Shown piece by piece: positions 62,001-64,000 of a DNA stretch of 64,000 nucleotides. The notes below the pieces were generated by a model. The model searched no databases and was not told the DNA's origin. It worked only from the letters and a program-made list of their open reading frames with translations. The first letter of the stretch is position 1; each line of letters opens with the position of its first letter. Made by a program: the position numbers and the translations under genes. The stretch spans positions 2,542,001 to 2,606,000 of the forward strand of contig CM120641.1 of assembly GCA_051362555.1 (NCBI GenBank), in the 5' to 3' direction. Origin of the DNA: Lingula anatina (lineage: Eukaryota > Animalia > Brachiopoda).

Positions 62001-63843
62001 AATTTTTAACAAACATGAAACAGTACTCTTTCCAGCAATAATTCAGGCTGTTTTTATACCTTTTTAACCTGCACATAAGCTCTTATATCCATCTCATCTC
62101 CCTCATGTCTGACGTCAGGGTTCACCACTTCAGCAACTTTCGTGGCTTTTGTCATGATCAAATCTGTCCATCCCATTGACAAACCTTCCTGGGTCAGCAA
62201 CTGCTTGGTAAGGTTGGTCATGTGTTCTTTGTGAGCTTTACTATAATGAATGAAAACAATTAAATGTATATGCAGTAGTTCCATTAACAATATGTAATAA
62301 GGAAAATGGCCGGCAGACGTTTTTGAGAAGAAAAATGGATTGTCATACTAATGGCAGACTAAACACACTTGGTTTCAGTCATAAATTGAAAAACCAGTCT
62401 GTAAAACATAAAAAGAGACTATAAAGAGTCAAAAAAGCTGTCTGTCACATACATCATTCTTTGGTAAGCTAAAGAGGCTGTGGAATTGTCACTGCTGTCT
62501 ATGGTATCATCTGAATGCCAGCTTCTCTGCAGTGACTCTATGCTGTCCATCTTTGTATTGCTGGCACTTACAATGAGAGCACCTGAAAAAATGATGGATT
62601 GTTTTAGAATTAAAATAATCTTTTTCTGGTATAGTGTTACAGTTTATTCTGCAGTTTCACATAAATTAATATATGTATAGATTTAAAAGTAAATCATGTA
62701 TGCAAAAATATATAAAGATAACATGATACTGGAGAGAAAATAATCTGTTTATTTTTGTCGTTTTATAACACGCATGCACACACAAGCACACTATTTAATA
62801 AATGTCATATATGGTAAAAACACTAACCTCTAATAAATTCCTCAAAAGCACCAGTGTTTTCCATATCAGTCTCTGCAAAAGACTCACTGTCCATAATTTT
62901 TCCACCTGATGTAGAAATTATAAAGTAAGTTACACAGACTGCTATTCACAGACAATTACAACATTTTGAAATTTCAATTGTGTCTGTCTGATGTTGACAT
63001 GTTTTCAGGGTACTGAGAAAAAACACTGAACCCTATAGCAGGAAAAAATAAAGTATAGGATCTTTGGAAAGCTATCCCTCCATGAAAGGATTTTTTTAAC
63101 ATAGTGAGAAATCTATATTTCACATTAGGCCCATAGCCAACAAGTTCAAAGGGGTGGGTTTTTTTTTCTGAAAAAGTGGACCCTTTAAGAACTTTAACAT
63201 GAAACCGCCGTATACCTAGATCAGATTTTACCCAGAACAGACCTTTTCTTGACATAAAAGGCAGTTTGTACGAACCCCCTGAACCCCCCTGGCTATGGGC
63301 CTACACATGGAAACCAAAAAATGAACAAAATAGCTTTTATCATGTAATGAATATAGACCTTTATCTGGTTTCTGCAGCTTTTTTCTTTTAGGAGACTCAT
63401 CCCCCCCTTTTCCATCTTTGCTGACATAAAACACAGAGGGAGGGTGAGTAGATGGCTTGATGTCTTGCTCTTCTGAGAGTGACACTGAAATAAATAAATA
63501 AATCAGTGCATAAAATATAATCAGTCATCCAAAAATATTTCTCTGAATGTTTTTCTTAAGTTCTGTAGAACTACAGTCCATTGCACAACCATATGTATTA
63601 ATCATGTTTTACTTTTATATTGCTTTCAAAGACACAAAAAGAACATGAAAAATTTTACCAGCCCTTGACCCTCTGGTGACCACTGAATAACTGAAACTAT
63701 ACAAGTACCCTAGCTTGCAAAATAATCTTACATGAATCACTGTCTTGCTGTTGGATCTCACTCAGCCAAGATGGCTCCAGATTCACCTCCTGAGCAGCTG
63801 TATCTTTAGACAGATCTTCATCTGGGCTTTCTCTTGCTGCAGC
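41042..63843 (-). CDS. PIKFYVE: 1-phosphatidylinositol-3-phosphate 5-kinase (PIKfyve/FAB1), 5'-partial (FYVE/DEP exons lie beyond 64000)
   Basis: Exons: 63732-63843, 63359-63484, 62828-62905, 62453-62582, 62060-62240 (MDIRAYVQVKK), 61507-61686 (IPGG..GVVCSKNISHKKM), 61039-61179, 57707-57833, 56282-57393, 55820-55975, 55524-55624, 55212-55283, 54703-54874, 54266-54444 (SFAKYLELRF), 53548-53703, 53166-53274, 52754-52929, 52466-52592, 52168-52225, 51552-51641, about 50342-50506, 48890-49018, 48216-48315, 46367-46462 (REPSSIIAYAL), 46068-46127, 45767-45822, 45333-45491, 45025-45078, 44659-44755, 44171-44250 (GGKSGSAF), 43608-43711, 42911-43045, 42603-42699 (YDLKGS), 42179-42340 (MDYSLL), 41809-41883 (DYIRTFTWDKKLE), 41042-41163 (PTVVSPELYRTRF...stop). 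Confidence 0.96.
41604..41779. mobile_element. Small PIF/Harbinger-like MITE in last PIKfyve intron
   Basis: GGCCTCATTCAGAACAGCGG pairs with CCACTGTTCTGAATGTGCTC, with TAA on both sides. Confidence 0.6.
46853..47927. mobile_element. PIF/Harbinger-type MITE (1075 bp) in PIKfyve intron
   Basis: About 34-bp TIR GGCCACACTTTTTT.ATTTT.ATGGATGACATCCT, 3-bp TSD TTA. Confidence 0.85.
50701..50742. repeat. (AATT)n self-complementary microsatellite
   Basis: About ten AATT units, read directly. Confidence 0.9.
56282..57393 (-). CDS. PIKFYVE: Large internal PIKfyve exon (end of CCT-like domain plus low-complexity insert)
   Basis: This is the core of ORF 56090-57421 (KTLMYFDGCPAHLGCTVTLRGASEPELKRVK...LEISFLMDEFA). 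Acceptor tttccag at 57394, donor gttggt at 56281. Confidence 0.93.
57483..57594. repeat. Perfect palindrome with internal arm duplication
   Basis: AATTGAAACATGTCTTGTTGTAATCTTGTTTCATCTTGCA is followed by two copies (one partial, one full) of its reverse complement. A 25-bp direct duplication precedes it at about 57426-57479. Confidence 0.85.
57992..60767 (+). mobile_element. Helentron-associated (HINE/DINE-like) non-autonomous element with internal 146-bp satellite
   Basis: 5' subterminal GTACCACCAGC (58031) matches the 3' hairpin GTACCGCCAGC-GCTAAC-GCTGGTGGTAC (about 60736-60763). GC-rich short repeats precede the hairpin, and there are central tandem arrays. Boundaries are approximate. Confidence 0.65.
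58190..60065. repeat. Higher-order satellite: [146-bp x about 4 + about 290-bp spacer] then [146-bp x about 5 + spacer]
   Basis: 146-bp period (AGGTCAAAGGTCA at 58209, 58354, 58500, 58646, 59091, 59237, 59383, 59529, 59675). The spacer at about 58750-59035 is duplicated at about 59780-60064. Confidence 0.93.
60841..61007. mobile_element. hAT-like MITE with 5-bp TSD
   Basis: CAGGGGCGGAT and ATCCGCCCCTG termini, TSD GTAAT, internal GAAGACGG repeats. Confidence 0.8.
63126..63303. mobile_element. hAT-like MITE with 5-bp TSD
   Basis: TAGGCCCATAGCCA and TGGCTATGGGCCTA termini, TSD CACAT. Confidence 0.8.
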
Positions 63844-64000
63844 CTTAAAGGAAAATAAACAAGTTATTCCTCATACAAACTGATTGCACCAATTAATTGA
63901 CATCAGACTCAGTTCTGCACAATTTATGTTATAGATGACTTATGTTTTCACCCCTGTTTGTCTGTCATCAACATAACTCAAAAAGTTATGGACTGATTTT

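Overview
AT-rich, intron-containing animal genomic DNA. The repeat types suggest a lophotrochozoan, probably a mollusc (inference). Most ORF-track entries are noise, and the real genes were rebuilt by hand from GT-AG exons, all on the minus strand. (1) The 3' roughly three quarters of PIKfyve/FAB1 (41042 to beyond 64000; CCT-like domain, conserved Cys/His region, PIP kinase domain). (2) A complete, frame-consistent 17-exon gene (10879-22196, about 666 aa) for a highly divergent furin/kexin-type (S8B) proprotein convertase. It keeps the D/H/S triad and oxyanion Asn but has lost the RxKR pro-domain site and most acidic specificity residues. (3) The first two exons of a secreted BRICHOS-type precursor (3517-3868), continuing off the left edge. 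The rest is a dense transposon landscape: a decayed LINE, Tc1 copies, a RecQ-fragment-carrying MITE with 9-bp TSD (AcademH-like), an Academ-like foldback, pogo-like and Harbinger MITEs, hAT-like elements with 5-bp TSDs, a nested P-like element, and a Helentron/HINE-like element with a 146-bp satellite carrying perfect DR1 motifs. The best novelty candidate is the non-basic-specificity convertase lying in tandem with a BRICHOS pro-protein gene.
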